Assembly: GCF_001194135.2 (NCBI RefSeq)
Contig: NC_068998.1
Coordinates: 45,241,957-45,305,956, forward strand
Direction of reading: 5' to 3'
From: Octopus bimaculoides
Taxonomy: Eukaryota
Length of the DNA: 64,000 nucleotides
Positions 63,498 to 64,000 of this stretch are shown piece after piece. The notes beneath the pieces are model-generated. The model made no database searches and was not told the DNA's origin. It saw only the letters and a list, made by a program, of their open reading frames with translations. Position 1 is the stretch's first letter; every line of letters starts with the position of its first letter. A program made the position numbers and the translations under genes.

Positions 63498-63967
63498 CAT
63501 ACACACACACACACACACACATATATATACATGCAGCATGCATGCACCTGTGTGTGGCTGTATCAAAAATGCAAACAATACATACATCATTCACCTACAA
63601 ATTTAAAGAAGAAACATCCTTATCTGAGGAATCCTTACAAATAAATTTTTATCTGTAGAAAGCTCTTCTCTATATCAAATAAATCAATATAATCGTAATA
63701 TATGGTTCTTTTTCTATATTCATGTACATGCTAATAAATCAATATTTATTATATATTGTTGTTATTTTCATTTTTTAAATTTCATTATAGTTATTTTTTT
63801 TGTTTTTTTTTTTTGTATTACATAATTTTACATTTGTATATGTAAAACCTGCATGTAAATGATAATACATGCTGCATCCTTTAATTTTAACATTTCTAAT
63901 TATTAATATTGCTATAGTTCTTCAATTCAAATAGGAAACAATCGTAAATGATATATATGTATATAAA

Positions 63968-64000
<33 letters not shown>

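Noticed and set aside
1-64000. CRISPR arrays, rRNA, operon-like systems
   Set aside because: None seen; the recurring repeats are dispersed SINEs/MITEs without regular repeat-spacer periodicity.

Overview
AT-rich eukaryotic scaffold with many N gaps and (TA)n/(CA)n microsatellites. It looks like a cephalopod (Octopus-like) draft assembly; this is inferred from the repeat content, not from a search. Almost all ORFs in the supplied track are microsatellite or gap artefacts. The window is dominated by several tRNA-derived SINE families (labelled AB, C, D, E and F here) and TTAA-flanked MITEs. It also holds transposon fossils: a mariner interrupted by a SINE with a 13-bp TSD, an internally deleted Tc1/maT-type element, a Tigger/pogo element, RTE, HERO-type (RLE) and CR1/Jockey-like LINE fragments, and a Penelope-like GIY-YIG fragment. 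I could not identify any host gene by homology. Splice-bounded open exons suggest one or two unidentified multi-exon genes on the + strand (~26.6-38 kb and ~47.7/57-62 kb) and possibly one on the - strand. The most interesting signals are: (1) a ~300-bp foldback element at 29974-30271 whose two inverted arms each carry a Penelope-type minimal hammerhead-ribozyme motif; (2) a recursive-splice-site/RS-exon architecture at 34519-34607; (3) three other long hairpins; (4) a CpG-retaining, promoter-like zone at 46.3-49.5 kb with a CTCF-like motif. No CRISPR array, rRNA or bona fide tRNA gene was seen.
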